DNA from: Promethearchaeati archaeon
GTDB lineage: Archaea; Asgardarchaeota; Heimdallarchaeia; Heimdallarchaeales; Heimdallarchaeaceae
Assembly (NCBI GenBank): GCA_013166775.1
Contig: JABLTJ010000006.1
Span: 32,001-96,000 of the forward strand
DNA length: 64,000 nucleotides
Direction: 5' to 3'
Within the stretch, counting starts at the first letter, position 1, and each line of letters opens with the position of its first letter. The translations under genes were made by a program, and so were the position numbers. Below are positions 10,352-20,550 of this stretch, one piece after another. The notes beneath the pieces are model-generated. The model saw nothing but the letters and a program-made list of their open reading frames with translations. It was not told the origin of the DNA and made no database searches.

Positions 10352-11350
10352 TTGAAAATCTTAGCTACAGCAGATAGCCATTTTGGCTATGAATTTGGAA
10401 GAACTTCACAAGCTAAGAATCAATCTATTCAAAAGATGTTCGATGTTTATCAAGAAGTAATGAAACAAGCAAAATCAGAAAGAGTTGACCTAGTACTCCA
10501 TGGTGGAGATATGTTTAATCGATCTCAACCAAAGGAGAAAATAATCTCTGAAGCTTACAATATAATCAGGAACTTGGCAGAAGATGGAATCCCATTCATT
10601 GGAATACCTGGAAATCATGATAGATCAAAACTCCCTGAATCACTTCTAAATTTCATAAGCAAAGATATATATTTACTTAGTAAATTCTCTGCTATTGAAA
10701 TAGAAGATTTAGTAATACTTGGATTTCCGTTTATTGGTAAGGATCCAAGAGTAATTCTATCAAAAACATATAATCTAGCTAAGAGTTCTCCACAAAAATC
10801 TTTTCTTATTCTATGTCATCAACTCTTTGATGGTGCCATGTTTGGTCCCCACCAACATGTTTTCAAAAATAAATCTGATACGCTAGTGACTACAGATTTG
10901 CCAGAAAATGTTAGATTGATTTTATCAGGTCACATTCATAGAGCTCAATCTTTGCAAAACAGACGAGTATTTTATACAGGATCTTTAGAGAGAACTAGTT
11001 TTATGGAAATTGTTGAACCGAAGGGATATCTGTTGATCAATTTGGAAGATGATTACCTTGATGTAAAATTCCAGAAAATAGAGACATCGCCTATGGAAGT
11101 CAAAGAGCTGGATATAACTAATGTTAACCAAATCTCAAAGCTAATTGAACAACATTATCCAGATAATAGCATTAGAACGCAACTTCGATTTTTTGGAAGA
11201 AAACTAACAGAAGATGAAATTAAATTCCTTTGGAGTTACTTACCAGCAAAAGAATTTCCTCTCATTTCTTTCTCTCCAAAGAAACCTTCACACATTCTGA
11301 GGAAACTATATAACAACAAAAAAAAGAATTTTCAGTTTGAAGCGAGTTAA
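10352..11350 (+). CDS. Mre11/SbcD-family metallophosphoesterase (DNA repair exonuclease)
   Basis: ADSH, GGDMF, PGNHD, CHQ, SGHIH, YTGSLER motifs. Confidence 0.88.
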   Translation: MKILATADSHFGYEFGRTSQAKNQSIQKMFDVYQEVMKQAKSERVDLVLHGGDMFNRSQPKEKIISEAYNIIRNLAEDGIPFIGIPGNHDRSKLPESLLNFISKDIYLLSKFSAIEIEDLVILGFPFIGKDPRVILSKTYNLAKSSPQKSFLILCHQLFDGAMFGPHQHVFKNKSDTLVTTDLPENVRLILSGHIHRAQSLQNRRVFYTGSLERTSFMEIVEPKGYLLINLEDDYLDVKFQKIETSPMEVKELDITNVNQISKLIEQHYPDNSIRTQLRFFGRKLTEDEIKFLWSYLPAKEFPLISFSPKKPSHILRKLYNNKKKNFQFEAS

Positions 11351-11397
11351 TTTTGTAAATTTCTAAGGATTAAAAGAATAAAACCAGATATTATTTT

Positions 11398-11535
11398 ATG
11401 GAATTAAACGAAGTTATGGATGAGCTTGAGAGACAAGGAATTGCTCAGAATGTAAAAATTTACAAACATCATGGTTCTGGAGATAATGACTTTGAGGTAA
11501 GTTTTGCTAACCTAAAGGAGAAATTTCTAGTTTAA
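11398..11535 (+). pseudogene. N-terminal remnant of a DNA alkylation repair (AlkD-like) gene
   Basis: Hand translation MELNEVMDELERQGIAQNVKIYKHHGSGDNDFEVSFANLKEKFLV* resembles the usual AlkD-family N-terminus; truncated at 45 aa. Confidence 0.55.
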
Positions 11536-12147
11536 ATAGGGATTTTTTATTGAAAGGTAAATGTGACTTCAGTGTGCTATATTAAGAAAAAGAAAGAATT
11601 AGTAAACCTAAGCCGAGAAATCACAGAATTGTATTGTTTTAATAGTCGAAATCAAAGTTGGACTGCAATGTAACTCTAAGGAATAAAAAAACAGATATTC
11701 TATTTGAGAACATAAAATTTGGCTCTTTTTCTATTGTCGTCTATCAGTAACGATCAGCAATTAACTAGTCGCATACTAGAAACGACAAAAAATATGCCAG
11801 TCGATTTCTAAATGCAAGGTAGTGCTTGAAATCAAAAATAAGAAGTTGTTAATAAGTTTTTTAATATAATTGAAAATTGGAGAGCAATAATGGAGATTTT
11901 AATTCTAATTTATCTATAACTTTGAAATTCATTCCTTTGCTTAATGATCAAATCATAATTGCTTTCGATTCAATGTCTACAACATAAAAAGAATATACTA
12001 ATATTTTGTGAATTGTTTGTGAAAATAATAAATGATTTTTATAAAATATTGATTCTGCTTATTATTTCTGAATTGTTATACAAAAAATATATAAATATGA
12101 AAATTGGTAACTTAATGATTAACAAAATCATGAAGAGAGTAAGAAAA

Positions 12148-12537
12148 ATGAAGGTGAGAGACAATATACTAATAAGTTCTATTATTACTATACTAATTCT
12201 TGGAGGTCCTCTGATTGTTAGTGCTATAGAGTTAGATTCTGGAGGAGGAGAAGATTCTCCAACTCATGTTAACGTAGCTCTTGATATCACAAAAATCCAT
12301 CTTTGGGACGATGGTGATGCAATAGCAGTAGCACTTGCAAATAAACCACCAATAATACTTGCAGATGAACCAACAGGGAATATAGATGTGGAAAACTCTA
12401 GAGTTGTTTATGAACTATTATCTGAGATGTGCTATATCCACAATACAACCTTACTTTTAGCATCTCATGATCCTGATGCAGCAAATTTTGTTGATAGAGA
12501 AATTTTGTTATCAAAATTAAAATCAAAAGAATTATGA
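12148..12537 (+). pseudogene. Chimeric remnant: secreted-protein N-terminus fused in frame to the C-terminal third of a LolD-type ABC ATPase
   Basis: Signal peptide, then AIAVALANKPPIILADEPTGNID (Walker B/D-loop) and ASHD (H-loop); Walker A and signature motif absent. Confidence 0.75.
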
Positions 12538-12548
12538 CGCAAATTCAG

Positions 12549-13307
12549 CTAAAGCTCTTTGATTAAATAGCGATAACGATATTTCTCCTTGAACCCTACT
12601 TTTTTGTATAAATTTATTGCTGATGTATTTTCTGATTCTACTTGTAAGAAAACTCTGTCTACTAAATTAACATCCCCCCATTCTATCATATTAGCTAATA
12701 TCGTCTGTGCAATTCCTTTGCGTCTATAGTCTGGATGAGTAAACATACTGTAAATAACCATGTAATTCTCTTGGAGAACGGCAAGACCCACAGCTACAGT
12801 TTTTTTATTATCTCTAGCTACGAAATACCCTACATTGGATTGAGCAATTCTACTAATAATTTCTCTTCTTCCATCAATCTGTAGTTTATCTGTTTGATTG
12901 ATTAATTGCAGATCATTCAACCATTTATCTAATTGATTCTCCAGAAGGTGAAACTCATATTTTTCATTTTGATAAGGAAGGTTAATTTCATCAATATTAG
13001 CCATCATGACAATTGTTTCATCTACTATTTTGTAATCGAGTGATAGAAGTTTATCTTGTAGAGATACAGGTTCAAAGGTGTCGTGTAATTGAAATATTGA
13101 AGGAAGTCTATTGACTCGATAATAATTCTCAACTACTGAAATATCTTCAATTAAATTATTACCAGAATATTCCAATGGAGATACACTATTTGCTCTCTTA
13201 GTAATCCCCTCGGAAATCCGAATCTTCCAGCCATTTAGATTTAAAATCATCTTAGGTGGCCAAGTAAGAATCGATATCTCCTGCAATATTCTTATTTCAT
13301 TGCTCAT
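12549..13307 (-). CDS. GNAT family N-acetyltransferase
   Basis: GITKRANSV N-domain, YRRKGIA motif A, LQVESEN..AINLYKKVGF. Confidence 0.9.
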   Translation of the reverse strand: MSNEIRILQEISILTWPPKMILNLNGWKIRISEGITKRANSVSPLEYSGNNLIEDISVVENYYRVNRLPSIFQLHDTFEPVSLQDKLLSLDYKIVDETIVMMANIDEINLPYQNEKYEFHLLENQLDKWLNDLQLINQTDKLQIDGRREIISRIAQSNVGYFVARDNKKTVAVGLAVLQENYMVIYSMFTHPDYRRKGIAQTILANMIEWGDVNLVDRVFLQVESENTSAINLYKKVGFKEKYRYRYLIKEL

Positions 13308-13409
13308 ATCTCTATCTTCAGTCAGAAAGTTATAAAAATACTGCAACAGCAATAACACCTTGCAAAGGTGTGCATAAATTTAAAACAGTTTTTAATAATA
13401 AATATTCAA

Positions 13410-14219
13410 ATGAGGGTGATTCTTCGCAATCCTACTAAACAGGAGATAATTCGTGCGATTGAGGAAAATATATTTGAGTACAGAAAATGGTATTCAAAAA
13501 GAATCAAGGGGATTGAAATAATCGAAAATGATGAATATTATCTATTTAATTCTGGTTTGGAGTTTGGTTTTGCTAATTTTGTACTAAACGTTAGGATATC
13601 TGAAGAAATCGAACCAAAAATCAAACAACTATGTTCATATTTTCAAGAAAGAAATTTACCTTTTCATGTTTTAATTTCCCCAAATAGTAAGCCTGCTAAT
13701 ATTGAAGATAAGCTAACGAATTATGGATTAATCCTCCGTTTTCAAGAACCTGGAATGGCTTGTAATCTCAAGAATTTTGAAGAAAAACCTATTCAACCAG
13801 AAGGAATAGAAGCATCTCTCGTTTCAGATTTGAAAGGAATGAATGATTGGAACAAAATAAGAAAAATAGTTTATAATTTTCCTAAAGAGTTAGATGAAGA
13901 TTCTTTTCTATTTCATGTACATGAATTAGAAGGAAGAGCATATGTAGCTTATTCAAATAAAACACCTGTAGCTGTTTCTCTTTCATATTATGGATCTGGA
14001 GTAGCAGGAATATATTCGGTTGCTACCTTGCCAGATCATAGACAAAGAGGAATTGGAAAGTACTTGACTCTTCTTCTTCTTGAAGATGCTAAAAGAGCAG
14101 GATATGAATTAGTAATCCTACAATCTAGTACCATGGGTATCAATATCTATAGAAAACTTGGGTTCAAAAAATACTGCGATATGAGATTTTTTACTTGGAA
14201 GTTAGATGATATAAGCTAA
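13410..14219 (+). CDS. GNAT family N-acetyltransferase
   Basis: VATLPDHRQRGIG, LQSSTMG..IYRKLGF. Confidence 0.9.
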   Translation: MRVILRNPTKQEIIRAIEENIFEYRKWYSKRIKGIEIIENDEYYLFNSGLEFGFANFVLNVRISEEIEPKIKQLCSYFQERNLPFHVLISPNSKPANIEDKLTNYGLILRFQEPGMACNLKNFEEKPIQPEGIEASLVSDLKGMNDWNKIRKIVYNFPKELDEDSFLFHVHELEGRAYVAYSNKTPVAVSLSYYGSGVAGIYSVATLPDHRQRGIGKYLTLLLLEDAKRAGYELVILQSSTMGINIYRKLGFKKYCDMRFFTWKLDDIS

Positions 14220-14274
14220 TTCTTCTGGAATGTTTCAAGATTAATTTTATATAATTCTCAATTCATCTAGATTT

Positions 14275-15237
14275 ATGGTTTATGATCCTTTCCTAATTAT
14301 TAATCCTAATGCTGATTCAGGCAAAACAGGCAAAAAACTAAATAAACTTCTTCCTCAAATCAAAGAGCATTTTGGTGATATCAATTATGAAGTAACAACA
14401 AAACCAAGAGATGAGGTTTCAATTACAAAAAAAGCAGTTGAGAAAGGATACAAAACTATTCTGTCAATGGGAGGAGATGGAACCGCTTCAAACATTGGTG
14501 ATGTGTTAATAGATTACCCAGAAGTAAAACTAGGAATGTTATTAGCTGGGTCAATGAATGATTGGGCAAGAACTCATTCTTTACCTTTGAAATTTAAGGA
14601 AAACATGGAAGTTATATCTGAAGGTTACCATGAATCCTTTCCAGCTTTGAAATGCGTTGGGGACAGAACTCGTTACGCATTTGATCATGTCGATGGAGGT
14701 TTTGTAGCAGAAGCTGGAGCTGCAGCACAACATGAAGCGAAATGGATAAAGAATGGTTTCTTAAAATATACTTACCTTGCTCTAAAATATGTCATTAAGT
14801 TCAAGAATGTCCAAGTTGATATTCAGATTGATGATGGAGAGGTTCTTCGAGTAGATGATCTTTCTGCAAGTGTATTTGGTTTTAGTGATGAAATAGCGGG
14901 ATTCAAGATACTTCCAGGAAATTCATTTTTCTCAAGGAAGAATAATGATATTGGATTTGTTTTTGCTAGGGGATTAAAGGGAATAAGTAGATTGCAATTG
15001 TTACTCAAAACATCTTCAGGAAAACATGTAGATATGAAAGGTGTTTGGCTAGCTCGAGGAAAGAAAATCACAATAGAGTCTGAGAGAACTTTAGCATGGG
15101 AAGCAGAAGGGGAATTGTTCAACGAAATGGAAAAGAAAGTTTCTATTGAATACATAGAAAATGCACTAAATCTAATTGTTCCTAAACAAAGAGAATATTT
15201 AGAAAATTTTGATGAATCTAGATACTATAAAAGCTAA
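14275..15237 (+). CDS. Diacylglycerol kinase family (YegS/BmrU-like) lipid kinase
   Basis: IINPNADSG, GGDGT, GSMNDWAR, EGE. Confidence 0.88.
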   Translation: MVYDPFLIINPNADSGKTGKKLNKLLPQIKEHFGDINYEVTTKPRDEVSITKKAVEKGYKTILSMGGDGTASNIGDVLIDYPEVKLGMLLAGSMNDWARTHSLPLKFKENMEVISEGYHESFPALKCVGDRTRYAFDHVDGGFVAEAGAAAQHEAKWIKNGFLKYTYLALKYVIKFKNVQVDIQIDDGEVLRVDDLSASVFGFSDEIAGFKILPGNSFFSRKNNDIGFVFARGLKGISRLQLLLKTSSGKHVDMKGVWLARGKKITIESERTLAWEAEGELFNEMEKKVSIEYIENALNLIVPKQREYLENFDESRYYKS

Positions 15238-15310
15238 ACTATCCCAAGAGTTTATCCAAAAAATCCAATTTTAAACACTGGATGTATAAAAAGGAAGAAA
15301 CGACGTAAAT

Positions 15311-15844
15311 TTAGTCTTCTTCATAAGCGACCGAAACAATTTTCTTTTTTTCTTTCTCTTTTTCTTTTTTAAGCTTAGGATTGAAAGTCCATAAATCATT
15401 CCAAATAAAATTATTAATCATACCTACAAAAAAAGCGATGCTTGATGCAAGGTACTCATTAGCATGCAATAGCGTAAATAGGACATACATAACTCCTGTA
15501 TAGAAAGCAAGACCTGTCAATCCTATCAAAGTAAATTGAATAAATTGTTTGATTGTATTGGTTTGAACATCTTTTTCCAATTCTTTAAACGTCCAACTCT
15601 TATTCAATATGAAATTAAAAACCATTACAATAGCTATTGATATTAGAGATGCAACTAGAGCTTTTTCTATATCAAACCTCCAAATTTCAAAGAGAAGGTC
15701 ATTTTCAAAAAATCTATCTAACAAAAGGAGAAAGAGATATATTAAGAGTTCATTTAATCCCCACCCTATCAAACCAATCACAGCAAATTTAGCAAATCTT
15801 TTCCCTCTTTGTGTTGAAAAGAATTTATCTTTCTCCGTTTTCAT
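15311..15844 (-). CDS. GtrA family membrane protein
   Basis: KFAVIG, NFILNKSWTF, NNFIWNDLWTF; four TM segments. Confidence 0.88.
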   Translation of the reverse strand: MKTEKDKFFSTQRGKRFAKFAVIGLIGWGLNELLIYLFLLLLDRFFENDLLFEIWRFDIEKALVASLISIAIVMVFNFILNKSWTFKELEKDVQTNTIKQFIQFTLIGLTGLAFYTGVMYVLFTLLHANEYLASSIAFFVGMINNFIWNDLWTFNPKLKKEKEKEKKKIVSVAYEED

Positions 15845-15937
15845 GAAAATACCTGATAGATGAAATATCTTTTGTAGTTTTTAAAATTTGTATTGCTTTT
15901 TGATTCAGAAATAATGAAAAAAATAAAAAGGAAGAGA

Positions 15938-17173
15938 TTAGAAAATCTTTAGTTCTTTTCCTAGTTTCTCAAAAGTTCCCAAAGCTAAATTGAGATCGTC
16001 TTTGGTTAAACCAGCATTCATCATAACTCTGATTCTTGCTGTTCCTCTTGGTACCATTGGGAACATTATTGGTAAAGCAAATATGCCTTCTTCCATTAAT
16101 CTACTACTCATTTTAGTAGCTACTTCGTTCTCACCACAAATGATAGGCACAATAGCGGTAGGACATTCAGCAGAAGCTGAAGTAATTGGATGGTTGAAGC
16201 CTATATTTACAATCTCGTTCTTGAAGTAATTACAATTATCTAGAAGTTTCTCAACTACAGGAATGAAAAGCTCAGATTTTGGATCAAGAAGTTCTAATGA
16301 ACCAATTGCTGCACCAGCAACACCAGGTGGTTGAGAACCACTAAGTAAGTAAGAACGTCCAGTGTTTCTTAGAAAATTAACTAAATCTTGTGAACCAACA
16401 ATCGCTCCACCTACGACACCCATTGCTTTAGAGTATGTGTTCATTTCAACCTGAACTTTACCTTGAAGACCAAAATGATCAACGATACCTTTACCTTTCT
16501 TATCACGACCAAGAACACCGTCTCCATGAGCATCATCAACAAAGATCATTGCACCGTATTCTTCACTGAGTTTTTGAATCTCATCTAATGGAGACATATC
16601 TCCATCCATTGAGAAAACACCATCAGTGATAACAAGTATTCGCTTTTCTCCATTAGGATCAGCAGCATCTGCTTCTCTTAGTCTGTCTTCTAAGCTTCCC
16701 ATATCAACATGATCATAGATTGTTCTAACTGTTTTTGTTAATCTTACACCATCAATGATAGAACCATGATTTAACTGATCTGAGATTATGAAATCGTCTC
16801 TCCTTACTAAGGGAGGGATAGCACCTTCATTTGCAATAAATCCTGACATCCAAACAATTGAAGCTTCTTGTTCTTTGAAATCAGCATGCTTTCTTTCCCA
16901 CTCTTCATGTATAGCCATATTTCCTGCTATTGCTCTTACTGAACCTGAACCAGCACCATATTTCTCCACAGCTTCTATTGCTCTTTTCCTGAGATGGGGG
17001 TGGTTGCTAAGATTTAGGTAATTATTAGAACATAGCATCAAAAGTTCTTGACCATCAACAACAACTTGTGTTTCCGAAGGAGTTTCAAGTTTTCGATGTA
17101 CCCACTCTCTACCTTCAGCTTGAATTTTTTGATATTCTTCTTTTAAAAATGCGGTTGGATTTCTTTTTACCAT
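15938..17173 (-). CDS. kbl: Glycine C-acetyltransferase / AONS family PLP enzyme
   Basis: CSNNYLNL, NHGSIIDG, DGVFSMDGD, DDAHG, TYSKA (PLP Lys), ARIRV. Confidence 0.85.
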   Translation of the reverse strand: MVKRNPTAFLKEEYQKIQAEGREWVHRKLETPSETQVVVDGQELLMLCSNNYLNLSNHPHLRKRAIEAVEKYGAGSGSVRAIAGNMAIHEEWERKHADFKEQEASIVWMSGFIANEGAIPPLVRRDDFIISDQLNHGSIIDGVRLTKTVRTIYDHVDMGSLEDRLREADAADPNGEKRILVITDGVFSMDGDMSPLDEIQKLSEEYGAMIFVDDAHGDGVLGRDKKGKGIVDHFGLQGKVQVEMNTYSKAMGVVGGAIVGSQDLVNFLRNTGRSYLLSGSQPPGVAGAAIGSLELLDPKSELFIPVVEKLLDNCNYFKNEIVNIGFNHPITSASAECPTAIVPIICGENEVATKMSSRLMEEGIFALPIMFPMVPRGTARIRVMMNAGLTKDDLNLALGTFEKLGKELKIF

Positions 17174-17341
17174 ATTAGCACCTTTACAGTCTAGCTTCAT
17201 AACTTTTTGTCCCTTTTTATCTTTTATCGTCTGGATTATGCTTTATCCTTTCCAAAAAAAGCTGTTTTTCCCATTTTATCAGCAAAAAGATTTTTATGTG
17301 ATTTTTTTTAACAATTATCAAGCTATAAAGTGTTGAGAATA

Positions 17342-18547
17342 ATGGTCTCTGTTAAGTATGAAAAAATTGGATGCGCTTATGATGATTTTATAGTAGTACA
17401 AGATTTCGATTTAGAGATACCAGATGGAACTATTACTACCCTCTTAGGTCCTAGTGGTTGTGGAAAAACAACTGTTCTGAGAGCTCTTGCAGGTTTTGTT
17501 GAACCTTTTGAAGGTAAGGTTTTTCTAGGTGATAAGGATATAACCATCCTTCCTCCACAGAAACGAAATACTGCTATGATATTTCAAAACTATGCTCTCT
17601 GGCCACATTTAACCATTTTCAAAAATGTTGAATACGGGCTGAAAATGAGAGAACCTGAGGAATTAGCAAATCTAGAATCTCCATGGTACAGTAAGATATA
17701 CTTCTTCACAAAACCCTATTTCTGGATTAGAAATTTAATCAAAAGAAAAGATAAAATCAGCTATGATGATAAAAGAGCAGAATTTGATAAAAAGTTTGAA
17801 TACAGAAGAGAAAAGGTACTTGATGTATTATCATTGGTTCATTTAGAAGATCAAGCTTCGAAACTACCAACACAACTTTCAGGGGGGCAACAACAAAGAA
17901 TTGCTCTTTGTCGTGCAATTGTAACGCAACCTGATGTTCTATTATGTGATGAACCTTTGTCAAATCTTGATGCAAAATTGAGGAAAGAAATTAGGACAGA
18001 GATAAGATCTATTATAAAGAAAATTGGTATGACAGCAGTTTACGTAACACATGATCAAGAAGAAGCACTTGCTATCAGTGATAGGATTGCAATTCTACAT
18101 GAAGGTATAATTCAACAATATGGCACTCCATTAGAAGTTTTTACTGACCCTGCAACACTTTTCGTAGCACAATTTATAGGTACTTCAAGCACTCTAGTAG
18201 GAAAAGTAGTAAAACCAAATGTTGTGGAACTAAAAGGAGGAGAACAAATAAATACACAGATCAAGGAAAATATTCCTAATGATACTGAAGTTAATCTTGT
18301 TGTTCGTCCAGAACACGTAAGTCTTACAAGTGAAACTGAATGTCAAGTAGAATTTGTAATTAATACTATAGAATACCTAGGTACTGAAGTCAAGATGACT
18401 GGAACACTAAAAGATGAAACTATTTTACTTTTAGATGTAACTGAGCAACCTCATGAATTCGCAAAAATGAAAGTAGGCGACAACGTAACAGCATATGTTG
18501 ATCCAAAAGAAGTTTTTGTTTTCATTGGACAAGAAAGAAAATACTAA
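17342..18547 (+). CDS. ABC transporter ATP-binding subunit (PotA/FbpC/MalK type, TOBE C-terminus)
   Basis: GPSGCGKT, FQNYALWPHL, LSGGQQQR, DEPLSNLD, VTHDQEEA. Confidence 0.93.
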   Translation: MVSVKYEKIGCAYDDFIVVQDFDLEIPDGTITTLLGPSGCGKTTVLRALAGFVEPFEGKVFLGDKDITILPPQKRNTAMIFQNYALWPHLTIFKNVEYGLKMREPEELANLESPWYSKIYFFTKPYFWIRNLIKRKDKISYDDKRAEFDKKFEYRREKVLDVLSLVHLEDQASKLPTQLSGGQQQRIALCRAIVTQPDVLLCDEPLSNLDAKLRKEIRTEIRSIIKKIGMTAVYVTHDQEEALAISDRIAILHEGIIQQYGTPLEVFTDPATLFVAQFIGTSSTLVGKVVKPNVVELKGGEQINTQIKENIPNDTEVNLVVRPEHVSLTSETECQVEFVINTIEYLGTEVKMTGTLKDETILLLDVTEQPHEFAKMKVGDNVTAYVDPKEVFVFIGQERKY

Positions 18548-18612
18548 ATCTTCTTTTCTTTTTATTTTCTAAAATCTTTATATATGATTAATCTTTGATT
18601 TTAATGATTAAC

Positions 18613-19293
18613 ATGTTTGAATATGAAGGTATAAAGATACATTGGTTAGGACATGATGCATTCTGGATAGAAGCTAAAGATAAAAATATCTACTTGGATC
18701 CATTCAAGTTAGGAAAAACTGATTTACCCTCAGCTGATATTATAATAACTTCCCATGAGCATTTTGATCATTGCAATGCAGATGCAATCAATATGATAAG
18801 TGGTGAAAATTCTGTATTAATAGGACCAAAAATAACACAAGAGATTCTCAATAATCAAATTACAGTCAAAAAGGAAGTAAAAGAGTTAAATCCAGGAGAA
18901 ATGGTAGAGATTGAAGGAATCAAGATAAAAGCTATACCAGCTTATAATATACATAGATTCAGAGATCCTGAAACAAAGACACCTTTTCATCCAAAGGAAT
19001 CGGGTCATATTGGTCCGATTATTGATATTGATGGAATAACAATCTATCATGCTGGTGATGCTGATCTGATAAATGAGATGGTTGATTTGCAACCCACAAT
19101 TGCGTTAATACCAGTATCTGGAACATATGTCATGGATGTACCAGAAGCAGTTGAAGCTGCTAAATCTATCAAAGCTAAGATTACTATCCCTATGCATGTT
19201 GGAAGAGGAATCGGAGATCTTTCTTTCTTAGAAGATTTCAAAAACAGTCTTCCAGAATTCGAAATTGTTCTCCTAGAATTGGAAGAAGATTAA
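18613..19293 (+). CDS. MBL-fold metallo-hydrolase (UPF0173-like)
   Basis: WLGHD, TSHEHFDH, YHAGD, PVSG, IPMH. Confidence 0.88.
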   Translation: MFEYEGIKIHWLGHDAFWIEAKDKNIYLDPFKLGKTDLPSADIIITSHEHFDHCNADAINMISGENSVLIGPKITQEILNNQITVKKEVKELNPGEMVEIEGIKIKAIPAYNIHRFRDPETKTPFHPKESGHIGPIIDIDGITIYHAGDADLINEMVDLQPTIALIPVSGTYVMDVPEAVEAAKSIKAKITIPMHVGRGIGDLSFLEDFKNSLPEFEIVLLELEED

Positions 19294-19300
19294 AAGAGAA

Positions 19301-20431
19301 TTATTCTTCTTTATCCTCTTTTTTCTCATATTCCCAAGGCATGATAATGTCTACTGTATTCTTTGTTAGAAATGAAGCAATAGATCTGTTAGTATAACAC
19401 CGTATATCATCATAGAAAGCTAAGATAGTTCCATATTCAGGAGCAACTATTGTTTCTTTAACTTCCCCAAATATGTCGTGAACAACCGCTATAGGTTCAT
19501 TTTGTTTCACAATCTCGCCTGCTTTTACCAGAGGAATATAGAGTCCTGTTTCTTGGACTCTTATTGCTATCTCTCTCCAAATTTCTTTATTTATTTCTGG
19601 ATTTGTCTTTATAGATATTGGTTCTCCATCCAAATTATTTGCCCATTTTAGAACATTGAGAACGGCATTCTTTGCTGATTTAATTATATCCATTACAACT
19701 ATATCTGAAGCTCCAAGTTCCACAGTGAAACCAGGTTTTCTTTGCTTGTTTGTGAAACTACCAGTTGTGGATCGATGAAGATTTTGTCTAAAATAATGTC
19801 TTGGAGGATCTTCAAGAACAATTGGAAATCCAAAAGCCTTAGCCATATCTAGAGTTTTATCAAACAGTTTTTGCGATTCTTCTTTCTCTCCCTCTTTTTT
19901 CTCATCATAATAGACTCTATCAACATATGAGAATGGAAAAGAACGGACTGAATGACAATGAAGATCAATAAAATAATCTACATCAGAAAATATTTCCGCT
20001 AATTTTGTATAGAAAACCTCTTGGACACTAGGATATTCCAATGGATCAAGATTTTTATCATAAGGATCTTCATACTTCAATTTAGGTTCTTTCTTTGGTT
20101 TAGGATCTGGCCATAGTCTATTGGGATCAGAACGATCATAGAATGGTGATCTAGTTAGCGTGAGTAAACCAGCAGGATTTAAAGTTGGAATGATTATTAC
20201 TGTTCCTTTTACATCCTCAGGTTCAATTGCCTTGATTACCTCTTGAAGTGTGACGAGTCCATGTACTTCATTTCCATGTATGTTACCAGTTAGTAGAAAG
20301 ACAGGTTTTTCTTCTGTTCCTTGAACAATAACAATAGGCATCTTTTCCACTGTTCCATGAGGATATTCGAACATATCTACGAATTCGAAAATCTTTTTCC
20401 CAGGTACGCTTTCTATATCAAATATTTTCAT
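19301..20431 (-). CDS. Succinylglutamate desuccinylase/aspartoacylase family (M14) hydrolase
   Basis: HGNE, PNR, DLH, TVELG and C-terminal biotinyl-like domain. Confidence 0.88.
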   Translation of the reverse strand: MKIFDIESVPGKKIFEFVDMFEYPHGTVEKMPIVIVQGTEEKPVFLLTGNIHGNEVHGLVTLQEVIKAIEPEDVKGTVIIIPTLNPAGLLTLTRSPFYDRSDPNRLWPDPKPKKEPKLKYEDPYDKNLDPLEYPSVQEVFYTKLAEIFSDVDYFIDLHCHSVRSFPFSYVDRVYYDEKKEGEKEESQKLFDKTLDMAKAFGFPIVLEDPPRHYFRQNLHRSTTGSFTNKQRKPGFTVELGASDIVVMDIIKSAKNAVLNVLKWANNLDGEPISIKTNPEINKEIWREIAIRVQETGLYIPLVKAGEIVKQNEPIAVVHDIFGEVKETIVAPEYGTILAFYDDIRCYTNRSIASFLTKNTVDIIMPWEYEKKEDKEE

Positions 20432-20550
20432 TATAATCAAAAGAAAAATAATTAGTGAGTATAAAGATTTTTCTCATTTTCCTGTATTTCCTTCTACGAG
20501 TTTCAAACGAGTATTTATATATAACATGATGATTTGAAGGATAGATATAT

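Noticed and set aside
10352-11350. Mre11-Rad50-HerA-NurA operon or defence system
   Set aside because: No Rad50/SMC, HerA or NurA neighbour; stand-alone nuclease
11734-11788. Inverted repeat TTGTCGT...ACGACAA with internal CTGA motifs on the minus strand
   Set aside because: No convincing box C or K-turn geometry; could be chance or a terminator
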